From an uncultured Alphaproteobacteria bacterium (GTDB taxonomy: Bacteria; Pseudomonadota; Alphaproteobacteria; HIMB59): DNA of 64,000 bases. The notes below the pieces were generated by a model. The model did no database searches. It had not been told where the DNA came from and saw only the letters and a program-made list of their open reading frames with translations. Each line of letters opens with the position of its first letter. The first letter of the stretch is position 1. The stretch is taken from NCBI GenBank assembly GCA_902617485.1, contig CACMXD010000001.1:10430-74429 (forward strand), read 5' to 3'. This document shows, in pieces, positions 32,708 to 42,811 of the stretch. The position numbers and the translations under genes are program-made.

Positions 32708-33166
32708 TTACTTTTTACATACATCAACTTTAGAAGCACTAGTTAATTCTATAAGCCTTTTTGTTTGAATTTTCACAGAACTATTGGTAGATCCTGCTGC
32801 TGGTATAACGATGTCAAAGTCATTTAAGGACTTATCGTAATATATATCTAGTTTATTTGGTAATCCAAAAGGACAAACTCCGCCAATAGGGTGAGAGGTG
32901 ATTTGCAATGTCTCATTGGCAGTCAGCATTTTTGCCTTTTTTTTGAAGAAATTCTTATATTTTTTATTATCGATTTTTACATTTCCAGAAGTCATTAACA
33001 AAATTGGTTTTTCTATAATTAAAGCAATTGTTTTTACTATTTGTCCTTTCTCAACATTATGTGCATTTGCAGCTTGTTCAACAGTTGCTGTTGACTCTTT
33101 AAATTCTGATATCTCTAGGTCAGGGGCGATAATACTAAGGTGTTCTTTTACTGATTTTATTGACAT
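32708..33166 (-). CDS. YbaK/EbsC family aminoacyl-tRNA deacylase
   Basis: STATVEQAA, QIVKT, IGGVCPFG, PAAGS. Confidence 0.88.
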   Translation of the reverse strand: MSIKSVKEHLSIIAPDLEISEFKESTATVEQAANAHNVEKGQIVKTIALIIEKPILLMTSGNVKIDNKKYKNFFKKKAKMLTANETLQITSHPIGGVCPFGLPNKLDIYYDKSLNDFDIVIPAAGSTNSSVKIQTKRLIELTSASKVDVCKK

Positions 33167-33267
33167 TTACACATTTTTTTGTTGCATAATATATATTATA
33201 AGAATCTAGAATAAGAATTTTAATAAAATGTTAATCTAAATCTCAACAAAATTATAAAATATTATAT

Positions 33268-33489
33268 ATGAAAAAAATAAGAATATTATTGATTACTATC
33301 TTATCTTTTGCGTCAATCAACTCATTTGCAAGTATGTTTACAGCTCATTCTTCAAATGACGAAGATAAAACCTCAAGTAAGATGTCTTATAGTACCCCAT
33401 GTGAAATAAGTGACACTGTTTTAATGGCTTCTTCGGAGGATGTTTGCTTAGCTTTAAAAGAAAAAATTTCTAATCACGACCACGATTAA
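33268..33489 (+). CDS. Small secreted hypothetical protein
   Basis: Signal peptide (SFA-S), two Cys, acidic. Confidence 0.6.
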   Translation: MKKIRILLITILSFASINSFASMFTAHSSNDEDKTSSKMSYSTPCEISDTVLMASSEDVCLALKEKISNHDHD

Positions 33490-33502
33490 AAGATAAATTT
33501 TA

Positions 33503-34285
33503 CTATATTTCCAGTTTAAGGCCATCATATGCAGGAAATACACTACTTCCTGATAGTTTTTTGTACTCTGTATCGTAATCAATATGAGCCGTCATATGGC
33601 TTAAAAAAGTTTTATTTGCATTAACTTTTTGGGCCCAATCAATAACCTTTTTATACGAGGCATGCGAAGGATGCTCGTCATATCTTAAACAACCAACAAA
33701 CCAGCACTCAATCCCTTTTATTTTATCCAGATAGTTCTCATCATAAAAAAACTTTATATCTAAATTATAGGCTATTTTATTATCAAAAATGAAGCCATAG
33801 GAGTCAATATTTCCATGATTTTGTCTGATAACCTCTATTTTAAAACCCTCTATTTCAACACTATTCCCATCAAGAATATTACCGTTCAAAATTGGTTCAT
33901 ATCCATGAGTAGATGACTTTGTAAATAAATAAGAAAAGCTAGTTTGAAGGGTTTCTAAAGTTAATTTATCGGCATAAATAGGTATTTTTTTTCTATTTAT
34001 CAGTGAAATAGTTCTTAAATCATTAATCCCATGTATATGATCAGCATGGGAGTGCGTATATAGCACTGAACCCACATTATCAATTTTATTATCGATTAAT
34101 TGTTTTCTTAAATCTGGACTTGTATCAATTAGTATTGATTTTCCTGCTTTTTTTAAAAATATGGAAGGTCTAGTTCTTTGGTTTTTAGAATTTGATTTAT
34201 CACAATTACCCCATATATCATGAGATAAAGGGACTCCAAAACTTGAGCCACATCCTAATACATTTATTTCAGTTTTTTCAGTCAT
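33503..34285 (-). CDS. MBL-fold metallo-hydrolase (PhnP-like)
   Basis: LGCGSSFGVP, IDTSPDLR, THSHADHIHG; canonical position after tatD. Confidence 0.9.
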   Translation of the reverse strand: MTEKTEINVLGCGSSFGVPLSHDIWGNCDKSNSKNQRTRPSIFLKKAGKSILIDTSPDLRKQLIDNKIDNVGSVLYTHSHADHIHGINDLRTISLINRKKIPIYADKLTLETLQTSFSYLFTKSSTHGYEPILNGNILDGNSVEIEGFKIEVIRQNHGNIDSYGFIFDNKIAYNLDIKFFYDENYLDKIKGIECWFVGCLRYDEHPSHASYKKVIDWAQKVNANKTFLSHMTAHIDYDTEYKKLSGSSVFPAYDGLKLEI

Positions 34286-35060
34286 TTAATTTAAAAAGCT
34301 TTTTGTAATTATAAGTACTGATTTCGCACGTATTAATGTAGTCGTTTCCAGTAATTTCACAATATTTTTCAACTATAATTTTTAAATAGCTTGGTTTATT
34401 TATTTTACCTCTTAAAGGGTCAGGCGTAAGATAAGGACTATCAGTTTCAAAAATAATTTTGTTAATTGGTAGTATTTTAATTGTATCTCTTAATTTATTT
34501 GCGTTTTTGAACGTAATAATGCCTGACAAAGAGAAAAAACAATCTAAATCAATACATTTTTTTGCAAATTCTTCACTTCCAGTGAAACAATGTATTAGAA
34601 TATCACTTATTTTTTTTGAGTAATTAGTTAAAATTTTAATCATATCATCTTCAGCATCTCTCATATGAATTATACACGGTAAATTATAAGCACTAGCTGC
34701 ATCTAAATGTATCTCTAAGCTTTCTATTTGCTTATTTTTAGGAATATCATAATGATAATCCAGGCCTGTTTCCCCTATTCCAACAATTCTATCTTTAAAT
34801 TTTTTAATATTTTCATTTAAAAGGGTCTTTATTTCCTCAGGTTTGATATCAAGAGTATTATTTGGGTGATGACCTAAAGTGATATCGACAAAATTAAAAC
34901 TTTTAATCAAATTAATATCTTTCTGAAACTCGTATAGATTAGAATTTATATTTAAAATTCGCTCTATGTTATTTTCTAGAGCATCTTTACAGATATATGA
35001 TACTGAATTTTTTAGTAATTCATGACCAAAATTTACATGACTGTCTATTAAATTACTCAA
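34278..35060 (-). CDS. tatD: TatD family nuclease
   Basis: IDSH, GETGLDY, IHMRDA, HCFTG, ETDSPYL. Confidence 0.88.
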   Translation of the reverse strand: MSNLIDSHVNFGHELLKNSVSYICKDALENNIERILNINSNLYEFQKDINLIKSFNFVDITLGHHPNNTLDIKPEEIKTLLNENIKKFKDRIVGIGETGLDYHYDIPKNKQIESLEIHLDAASAYNLPCIIHMRDAEDDMIKILTNYSKKISDILIHCFTGSEEFAKKCIDLDCFFSLSGIITFKNANKLRDTIKILPINKIIFETDSPYLTPDPLRGKINKPSYLKIIVEKYCEITGNDYINTCEISTYNYKKLFKLND

Positions 35061-36573
35061 TTTTAGTAAATAGAGGTTCAGGTTTTCGTATTTTTAGAAA
35101 TTTTAAGTTAATTACCTCTTTAAAATTATCAAAAATATCTAATTTGATGTTATTCGTATTTTCGAATAAATTGAATACTTCTGAGGTTTTTGAAGGCATA
35201 AAAGGAACTAAATATTGACTAACCCTGATAATACATAGGCAAATATTAGCCAAAACTTTTTTCATTTGTTCAGGATCTGTTTTTTTTAATACCCAGGGAG
35301 CAGATTTATCGACATAATTATTTAAATCATTCATAAATAAGAATAATTTTTTAAGGTATTCGTCATATTTGTAATTTTCCATATACTCAAACAATTCTTT
35401 TTCAGAGTCGTTAATTTGTTTTAAAATTTCAAAATTAAAATTATCTATAGTTAAATCAATATTTTGTTCTAAATTTTTACAAATGAAGGTAAGTATTCTT
35501 TGTATTAAATTTCCATAGTTATTTGCCAATTCACCGTTAATTCTATTTTTGATAGCCATCTTAGAAAAATCACCGTCATTGCCAAATGGAACCTCTCTAA
35601 AAAGAAAATATCTTACTGAGTCTAGATCGTATTCATCAATCAATTCTTTAGGGTCAATTGCATTACCGAGACTTTTACTAATTTTTTGACCCTCATTTGT
35701 CCACCAACCATGCGCTACGATCTGCTTTGGTGGATCTAACTCTGCAGCCATTAAGAAAGCAGGCCAAAAAATAGCATGAAATCTTATTATATCCTTCCCT
35801 ACTACATGTATTCCAGGCCAATATTTTTGATATAAATCAGAATTTTTATTTGGATAATCTAAAGCTGAAATATAGTTAGTTAGTGCATCTAACCAAACAT
35901 AAACAATATGTTTTTCATCTGTAGGAACATCAATTCCCCATTTAAATGTTGTTCTAGAAACTGAAAGATCTTTCAACCCTGACTCAACAAATTTAATGAC
36001 TTCATTAGATCTAGATTTTGGGACTATGAAATTTGGATTATTTTTATAAAAATCTAACAGTTTGCCTTGCCATTTAGAGAGTCTAAAAAAATATGACTCT
36101 TCTTCAACCCAAGATAATTCAGATCCAAAACTGTTATATTTATTACCATTTTTTTCAACTATTTCATTATCAGCTACAAAAGCTTCATCTCTTACAGAAT
36201 ACCATCCGCTATATTTGGACAAATAAATTTCATCTTTTTCCAACAGAACTCTCCATAGATTTTGAACAGACTTTTTATGTCTTTCTTCTGTTGTTCTTAT
36301 AAAATCATCATTAGATAAATTTAATAAATTACTTAAATCTTTAAAATTTTTTGAAAACATGTCAGTAAATTTTTGAGGATCAATATTTTTTTCTTGAGCA
36401 GCTCTTTCAACTTTTTGTCCATGCTCGTCTGTTCCTGTTAGAAAATAAGAATCGAGACCTCTACAATTATAAAATCTTTTTAATATATCAACAGCAATTG
36501 AGGTGTAAGCATGCCCAATATGGGGTTTATCGTTCACATAATAAATTGGAGTTGTAAAATAATTATTAGACAT
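35053..36573 (-). CDS. metG: Methionyl-tRNA synthetase
   Basis: TTPIYY, PHIGH, GTDEHG, YVWLDAL, GKDI, KISKS. Confidence 0.97.
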   Translation of the reverse strand: MSNNYFTTPIYYVNDKPHIGHAYTSIAVDILKRFYNCRGLDSYFLTGTDEHGQKVERAAQEKNIDPQKFTDMFSKNFKDLSNLLNLSNDDFIRTTEERHKKSVQNLWRVLLEKDEIYLSKYSGWYSVRDEAFVADNEIVEKNGNKYNSFGSELSWVEEESYFFRLSKWQGKLLDFYKNNPNFIVPKSRSNEVIKFVESGLKDLSVSRTTFKWGIDVPTDEKHIVYVWLDALTNYISALDYPNKNSDLYQKYWPGIHVVGKDIIRFHAIFWPAFLMAAELDPPKQIVAHGWWTNEGQKISKSLGNAIDPKELIDEYDLDSVRYFLFREVPFGNDGDFSKMAIKNRINGELANNYGNLIQRILTFICKNLEQNIDLTIDNFNFEILKQINDSEKELFEYMENYKYDEYLKKLFLFMNDLNNYVDKSAPWVLKKTDPEQMKKVLANICLCIIRVSQYLVPFMPSKTSEVFNLFENTNNIKLDIFDNFKEVINLKFLKIRKPEPLFTKIE

Positions 36574-37354
36574 ACTTAATAAGATTAGAATTCAATCTTG
36601 TAAAATAAATTGAAATTAGGTCATTAGTTAATGTATTGAAATTTAAACTCTCATCTACATCAGTTAAATAATCTGAATGAAGTTTTAATATGTATTTATA
36701 AAGTTTTTTATTATTTAAATTATTTCTTAAATAGTATTTGATTATATTTAAAAATATTAATGAACATACACTTATTTGATCTCCATTAAAAAGTTTTATC
36801 TTTTCAAAAAAATCAGTGCTTTTTAAATCAATGAAGGGGTTAATAATAGAATGTATTAATTCCTCTGAAATATTTTGATTTTGTCTAGCTATGTCTTCTT
36901 TCATTGAATTGAAATCACTAAAATTTATTTGTGAATTCAAATCTCTGAAAACTCTGGCTCTTGAAATAATTGTTTCAGGTAATGTTATTAAGTTTGAAGA
37001 ACAAAAAATAAAATAGGTTTTGTATGGTATTTCTTCAATAATTTTTAAAAGTCCATTTAAAGCATTAATATTTAAATAATTTACCTCTCTGACAAATATT
37101 ACTTTATTAAGGTTTAATACATTTGTATGTAGAAACTCTTTTTTCATTTTTCTTATTTGATCAATTGTAATAAATTTTGATTTTTCTTCAGGCTCTATAA
37201 TAATAAAACTTGTATCTATTTCATATTGTTTCTCATAGAAGCTTTTTAAAATCTCTTCCTCTAAATGTGAAATACTCTCAATATTAGTGGTCTCTAATAA
37301 GTAAAAGCCACTGCTCTCAGATTTTATAGTGTTTACTACTTTATCAATTTGCAT
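36566..37354 (-). CDS. holB: DNA polymerase III delta' (divergent)
   Basis: ITIDQIR, NALNGLLKIIEE, LPETIISR; synteny tmk-holB-metG. Confidence 0.75.
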   Translation of the reverse strand: MQIDKVVNTIKSESSGFYLLETTNIESISHLEEEILKSFYEKQYEIDTSFIIIEPEEKSKFITIDQIRKMKKEFLHTNVLNLNKVIFVREVNYLNINALNGLLKIIEEIPYKTYFIFCSSNLITLPETIISRARVFRDLNSQINFSDFNSMKEDIARQNQNISEELIHSIINPFIDLKSTDFFEKIKLFNGDQISVCSLIFLNIIKYYLRNNLNNKKLYKYILKLHSDYLTDVDESLNFNTLTNDLISIYFTRLNSNLIKYV

Positions 37355-37935
37355 TTTTTCAGATTTAATATGATTTTTTCATGTACTTCATTAGCAGATA
37401 GTGATGCATCAATAGTAACAAACTTACGTTCACCTATTTTTATTTTAGATATTTCTTCATAATTTTTTTGAATTCTTGAGAATTGTCCAAAATATATTTT
37501 ATCAAATTTATTTGAATATAATCTTTTGTTTCTCCTACTTATTAAATTTTTTTTATCTAACTTCAAATAAAAAGTTATATTCGGAATAAATTTCTTATGA
37601 ATTAACTTAATTAAACTGATAATAAGTTTTTTTTCTTTAGAATTATATTTTTGATAAGCATAAGTAGAGTCAAAAAATCTATCAAACACAATGAAATCGT
37701 TATTTTTAATTGAAGATAATAATGCAAATCTAGATGCAAAGAAAAACATTATTAAACTTAAATTATCGAAATTAGATTTTAAAATCACATTTCTTATCTT
37801 TTCTAGATCTTTATTACCTCCAGGCTCTCTAGTAAAAGTAGATTTAATATTATTTTTTATAAAATATTTTTTTAAAAGTTTTATCTGTGTCGATTTTCCA
37901 GAATATTCGAAACCTTCAAAACTGATTACTTTCAT
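37336..37935 (-). CDS. tmk: Thymidylate kinase
   Basis: FEG..SGKSTQ, TREPGG, DRFFDSTYAYQ. Confidence 0.92.
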   Translation of the reverse strand: MKVISFEGFEYSGKSTQIKLLKKYFIKNNIKSTFTREPGGNKDLEKIRNVILKSNFDNLSLIMFFFASRFALLSSIKNNDFIVFDRFFDSTYAYQKYNSKEKKLIISLIKLIHKKFIPNITFYLKLDKKNLISRRNKRLYSNKFDKIYFGQFSRIQKNYEEISKIKIGERKFVTIDASLSANEVHEKIILNLKKCKLIK

Positions 37936-37950
37936 TCTATATGATAATAT

Positions 37951-39078
37951 TTAGTTAGATCCAAGAATGATATAATAAATAGCTGAAAATATTCTTGAAA
38001 AGAAATTCTTTTGCTCAATGTCCTCACCTGAAAATAAAGGAAATTCAGAACTCTTATCAGCAAAAGATATCTGAAGTTTGGCTATTTGATCACCTTTTTG
38101 AATTGGAGTTGCAATAGGCTCCTCTACTATCACACTAACTTTAGCAGAGGATAATTGCGCTTTTGGAATACTCACGCTTATATCGTTTAAAGCAACTAGG
38201 TCAACTTTGTCGTCTTTACCGAGCCAAGTATCAACTTCTTGAATAACCTCATTTTTTTTGAAAAAATCTACTAATTGAAAATTGTTGAAACCCCAATCCA
38301 TTAATCTTAGTGACTCCTGGGCTCTTGATTTGGAAGAGTCTAGTCCATTTAAGACAATAATCAGGCGCCTATCCCCTCTTTCAGCAGATCCAACCAAACC
38401 GTAGCCAGCTGCTTCTGTATAACCTGTTTTAAAGCCATCAGACCCCTCAAATGTATAAAGGAGTGGATTTCTGTTATCTTGTTTGATCCCGCTGTAAGTA
38501 AAATCACTTAATTTGTACATTTGATATAATTCATAATGATTTTCAATCGTGTACTGAGCTATTTTAGCAAGATCTTCAGCTGTTGTGTAATGATTGTCAT
38601 CAGGCCAGCCACTGCTATTTGTAAAATTAGTCTCTGTGAGTCCTATTTTTATACCTAAATTATTCATTTCAATAGCAAAAATTTCCTCAGAGCCAGATAT
38701 ACCCTCTGCTAAAGCAATCGAGGCATCATTTCCGCTCTGAACAATAATTCCTAGTAACAAATCATAAACTTTTACTCTTTTGTCTACCTCTATAAACATC
38801 TTTGATCCGCCCATTTTCCATGCCTTTTTACTTACTAAAAACTCTTGATCTAATGATAAAGTACCATTTTTGATTTTTTCAAAGGCTACAAGAGCAGTCA
38901 TCATCTTGGTCATACTTGATGGATATGTTTTGGCTTTAGAGTTTTTTTCTAAAAGAACTTCGTTTGTTGATAAATCGATTACAAGCGCCGTTTTTGCCAA
39001 ACTTTCAATAGTAAGAGATTGTTTAGGAAATAGAATAATTATTGCTATAAATAATAAATTAAGGGGTTTTTTTAGCAT
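37951..39078 (-). CDS. D-alanyl-D-alanine carboxypeptidase (S11)
   Basis: SMTK, SGND, KTG, PBP5 C-terminal domain. Confidence 0.93.
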   Translation of the reverse strand: MLKKPLNLLFIAIIILFPKQSLTIESLAKTALVIDLSTNEVLLEKNSKAKTYPSSMTKMMTALVAFEKIKNGTLSLDQEFLVSKKAWKMGGSKMFIEVDKRVKVYDLLLGIIVQSGNDASIALAEGISGSEEIFAIEMNNLGIKIGLTETNFTNSSGWPDDNHYTTAEDLAKIAQYTIENHYELYQMYKLSDFTYSGIKQDNRNPLLYTFEGSDGFKTGYTEAAGYGLVGSAERGDRRLIIVLNGLDSSKSRAQESLRLMDWGFNNFQLVDFFKKNEVIQEVDTWLGKDDKVDLVALNDISVSIPKAQLSSAKVSVIVEEPIATPIQKGDQIAKLQISFADKSSEFPLFSGEDIEQKNFFSRIFSAIYYIILGSN

Positions 39079-39829
39079 TCAAATATCCGTTTTTAATCAA
39101 AAAATCTAACTTAAGATTTATATCACTCTTTAGAAATGGGCCAGCAAAAACCTTAATTCCCTCTTCATTTTCTTCATAAAACAATCCTAAATTCTTGATT
39201 TTATTAGTTTTAAGCTTTGCTAGATTCATATCTTTATAAATTTCAACTAATATAGTGTTTTGTTTTTTAGAATTTTTAATATCTAGAGTTTTAATTTTCT
39301 CATAATCAAGTTTTTCACTGATTTCAGTTTGATCTTGATCTAACTGTTCAAATGAAATTTCTGTATCATCCATCTTTATCTTACTCTCTTCTTTTGAGTC
39401 GACAACATTTCTCAGAATTATTGATTCATCTTTTAAATATTCTAAATATACTTTTGTATTTAGTGATATTTTATCAATTATCTCTTGACTTAATGAAAGC
39501 CTATTTTCAGTATCTAGCTTAATATTTCTGACAATAATACTATTATCTAAGTTATTAGGATCTGATAATCTTACAACGCTGGGTATAGGCAAATTAGAAT
39601 GATGAATATTATTACCCTCTATTCTTGCATCTGTAACAAACTTTTCTAAAACACTTAACTCAATGTTATAATCATCAAGTGGAGATATAATAACATCCGA
39701 TTTTTTAAAGTAATCTTGAGTTGTGACTTCTTCTTTTTTTTTATCATCTACAGTATCAATTGATGTTACTGTACAAGATGATAAAATTAGTAAAAACAAT
39801 ATTTTATTTATATTATTTAAATTTATCAC
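39059..39829 (-). CDS. rlpA: Degenerate RlpA-like SPOR lipoprotein
   Basis: Lipobox LSSC; HSNLPIPSVVRL..SIIVR remnant of the DPBB domain; C-terminal KVFAGPF (SPOR); synteny mltB-rlpA-dac. Confidence 0.55.
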   Translation of the reverse strand: MINLNNINKILFLLILSSCTVTSIDTVDDKKKEEVTTQDYFKKSDVIISPLDDYNIELSVLEKFVTDARIEGNNIHHSNLPIPSVVRLSDPNNLDNSIIVRNIKLDTENRLSLSQEIIDKISLNTKVYLEYLKDESIILRNVVDSKEESKIKMDDTEISFEQLDQDQTEISEKLDYEKIKTLDIKNSKKQNTILVEIYKDMNLAKLKTNKIKNLGLFYEENEEGIKVFAGPFLKSDINLKLDFLIKNGYLNAKKTP

Positions 39830-40865
39830 TTAATAATCCAACTGAAAGACCATAATAGTTTGAGCAGTTGTAAGAAAGAATATTTAAATAATTATCGTAT
39901 ACGATAAAATACCTGAAATCACCCTCTTCCCTACCCATCCTTAACAAATAACTATTAATATCTAAATTATCCAATGAATTTCCATTAATTTTTTTAAAAT
40001 TCATAAGTCTAAATTTACTTAAAGGTAATTGTTTAGACAATTTTTTTACTGCTAAACAACCTTTTTCTCTTTTAATGAATAATTCCGGTTCTAAAGATTT
40101 TATATTTGCTGGGGGTATTACTTCCCTACCCCATGTATAATTTGGATCCCATTTATTAGCTCCTACGCCTTGAAGGTATCTTGCAATTGAGGCTAATGAG
40201 TCTTCAGTGTCTGTCCAAATATTTTTTTTACCATCATTATTGAAGTCTTGAGCGTAATTCAAAAAACTAGAGGGCATAAATTGATTTTGACCCATAGCAC
40301 CTGCCCATGAGCCTTTGAAATCAACAACATTAATGTGACCTTGTTTAAGTATTTCTAAGGCACTATAAAGCTCTTTGGTGAAATATCGCCTTCTTCTCTC
40401 ATCGTAGGACATGGTTAAAAGACTTTCTAGCACAGCATAGTTGCCTGTTATTTCGCCATAAGCTGTTTCTAGACCCCAAATAGAGAGAATAAATCTAGAT
40501 TGCACATTATAATAATTATCTATTTTTTTTAATAAATTATTGTATTTACTGTAATTATTTAATCCATTATTTACCCTTAAATTTGAAATTGTTTTTTCAA
40601 TGTACTCAGAAAAAGTCAATGTAAATTCAGGCTGGCATTTATCATTTTCAATAACTCTTTTATTGACCTCATATGGTGCTATTAATTCAGAAACAAAGCT
40701 TTTATCTAGGCCAAATTCACCAGACCTATTTACTATTTCTTCTTTCCAATCATTAAATCCTGAAAAATCATAATTTTGAAGCACATCACAGTTTTTGGGA
40801 TCATGGGCAATAAGGTTATTTATGAAAAAAAAATTAAAGATTACATAGAGAAAAATTTTTATCAT
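39813..40865 (-). CDS. mltB: Lytic murein transglycosylase (MltB family)
   Basis: QPEF, IWGLETAYG, GSWAGAMGQNQFMPSS, YNCSNYY. Confidence 0.9.
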   Translation of the reverse strand: MIKIFLYVIFNFFFINNLIAHDPKNCDVLQNYDFSGFNDWKEEIVNRSGEFGLDKSFVSELIAPYEVNKRVIENDKCQPEFTLTFSEYIEKTISNLRVNNGLNNYSKYNNLLKKIDNYYNVQSRFILSIWGLETAYGEITGNYAVLESLLTMSYDERRRRYFTKELYSALEILKQGHINVVDFKGSWAGAMGQNQFMPSSFLNYAQDFNNDGKKNIWTDTEDSLASIARYLQGVGANKWDPNYTWGREVIPPANIKSLEPELFIKREKGCLAVKKLSKQLPLSKFRLMNFKKINGNSLDNLDINSYLLRMGREEGDFRYFIVYDNYLNILSYNCSNYYGLSVGLLSDKFK

Positions 40866-40977
40866 ATTCTGATTCCTGCCCTATTATATAACCATTATAA
40901 TCTAATAGTTATTTCTTAAAATTTACCAAATTATATTAGTTACTGTTAAAAAAGATGATATTTGCTATAAATATTCA

Positions 40978-41364
40978 ATGATTTTAACAAATACAGGAAA
41001 AAAATTTGTATATGCCTCTGTTATAATGATGCTACTTTCAATGGTCCTTCCTTGGGACTCACTAGAAGATTATACTTATTCTGAGTCAATGGGCTTGCTC
41101 ATGAATGTTATTCCTGCTGTTATATTTATATGTGCTGTGGCTATTGTTGTTTTAAAGCCATTAGCTTTGTTGTTATCTAAAATTGGCACAAATATTGTTT
41201 TTTTACTACTTTGTTTAATGAACGCTATCGTCTTGTACTTGGGAATGCAATATTATCCAGATACTTATACTATTGGTTATATTTTATTTCCATCATCTGT
41301 GATTGTTTTTATGTTAGGGGCTATTTACAGTGTAAATAGAGTTGATGGAACCACTAGTAATTAA
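40978..41364 (+). CDS. Hypothetical 4-TM membrane protein
   Basis: Four hydrophobic segments. Confidence 0.65.
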   Translation: MILTNTGKKFVYASVIMMLLSMVLPWDSLEDYTYSESMGLLMNVIPAVIFICAVAIVVLKPLALLLSKIGTNIVFLLLCLMNAIVLYLGMQYYPDTYTIGYILFPSSVIVFMLGAIYSVNRVDGTTSN

Positions 41365-41370
41365 TTAAAT

Positions 41371-42126
41371 TTATAAAAAAGAATTTATCAATATTATTCC
41401 ACTCATCAGTAATAACATTAAGTAAAATAATTTTTTAAATAATTTTTCTGAGATAAAACTTCTTATTTTTTTACCTAAAAGGAATCCAATAATTACTGGA
41501 AGAGTAACAATTAATGAGGGAACAATTGTATTAATACTAATCAGCTTACTATAAGAAAATGAAATAAATTGCATACTGCTATATAGTAAAAAAGCTAATC
41601 CCATAAATTGCACTGTTTTTTCTTTATTATATTTAAGTGATTGTAATAAGAAAACAAAAGGCATGGTGTAAATACTAGTTAGGCCTATGATAAATCCATT
41701 AAGAGATCCAGCTGAAACTTGTATGATTGAATTTTGGTGATTGGGTATAGCAACAACTCTATTTGATAGAGATAATGAGGAATTCATAAAAAGCAAAATC
41801 GCAATAAATATCAAGATTAGATCTGACTCAAGAATTTTTAGAAAAAAGACACCCGGTACTATAATTAGTGTTGAAAAAACAAGAAAATACTTAGTATCTT
41901 TAATTATGACTTTTAAATTACTGCCATTTATCATTTGAAAAAAACCAGTAATAATAGTTGGGATTATCACAAGTGCTATTGTTTCTTTAACGTCGACAAC
42001 AAATGAGAGTAAAGAAATTACAACAGTGATTAATCCGACACCAAGTATACCTTGGGTTATGCCGCCAATAAAATATGCTAATAAAATATAAAAAAAAGTT
42101 AATGTTGGAAGATTACTTAAAATCAC
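41371..42126 (-). CDS. TauE/SafE sulfite exporter family
   Basis: GGITQGILGVG, 8 TM helices, LLGKKIRSFISEKLFKK ending. Confidence 0.75.
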   Translation of the reverse strand: MILSNLPTLTFFYILLAYFIGGITQGILGVGLITVVISLLSFVVDVKETIALVIIPTIITGFFQMINGSNLKVIIKDTKYFLVFSTLIIVPGVFFLKILESDLILIFIAILLFMNSSLSLSNRVVAIPNHQNSIIQVSAGSLNGFIIGLTSIYTMPFVFLLQSLKYNKEKTVQFMGLAFLLYSSMQFISFSYSKLISINTIVPSLIVTLPVIIGFLLGKKIRSFISEKLFKKLFYLMLLLMSGIILINSFL

Positions 42127-42231
42127 TTAAAAATATAACATGAGTGGCCAAAGAATATATCAACTAATAATATAAAATTACGATTGATTTAAAAATAACG
42201 TAATATATACATTCTAGACGTTTATGACATA

Positions 42232-42321
42232 GGAAGGATGGCTGAGCGGTTGAAAGCACCGGTCTTGAAAACCGGCAAAGGGGCAACTCTTTCCTGGGTT
42301 CGAATCCCAGTCCTTCCGCCA
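42232..42321 (+). tRNA. tRNA-Ser (anticodon TGA)
   Basis: GGAAGGA/TCCTTCC acceptor stem, ccggt-ctTGAaa-accgg anticodon arm, long variable arm, GGTTCGAATCC, encoded CCA. Confidence 0.97.
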
Positions 42322-42384
42322 TTTGATCTATTTTCAATTTTCAAAATGTATAATTATTATTAATTTTATTTAAAAGGAGAAAAA

Positions 42385-42747
42385 ATGACTGATCGTGTAT
42401 GTATAAATCTTTCCTATTCTGTACCAAATGACAAAGCTGCTGAAGTTGAAAATATTTTTAGCACCCATGGAAAATGGATGACTGAATTTTATTCTGATGG
42501 AACTGATCATTTATTAAATGCTTACTTTACTAAAGCACCAGAGTTTAAAGACCCTACCGATCCTAGTAAGGGCGAAACTGGAAACACATTATTTACAATA
42601 AATGAACAATTTGCATCTATGGAGAGTGTTCAAAGACATGTCGAAAATGCCAGTAAAAATGATTATTTCCCAGATTTTGCAAAGTTATTAGAGGACTACG
42701 GAAAAGTTTTAAGTATGGGTGGTAGTGTATATGTTTCTATAAGATAA
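42385..42747 (+). CDS. Hypothetical protein, probable dimeric alpha+beta barrel
   Basis: aaggag SD; HGKWM...TKAPE...TGNTLFTINEQF...RH pattern. Confidence 0.7.
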   Translation: MTDRVCINLSYSVPNDKAAEVENIFSTHGKWMTEFYSDGTDHLLNAYFTKAPEFKDPTDPSKGETGNTLFTINEQFASMESVQRHVENASKNDYFPDFAKLLEDYGKVLSMGGSVYVSIR

Positions 42748-42811
42748 AAAGGGAAGAAATAAAAAAAAGACAGAAATTAAATAGTCGAACAGTTTGAATA
42801 TTATTTATATG

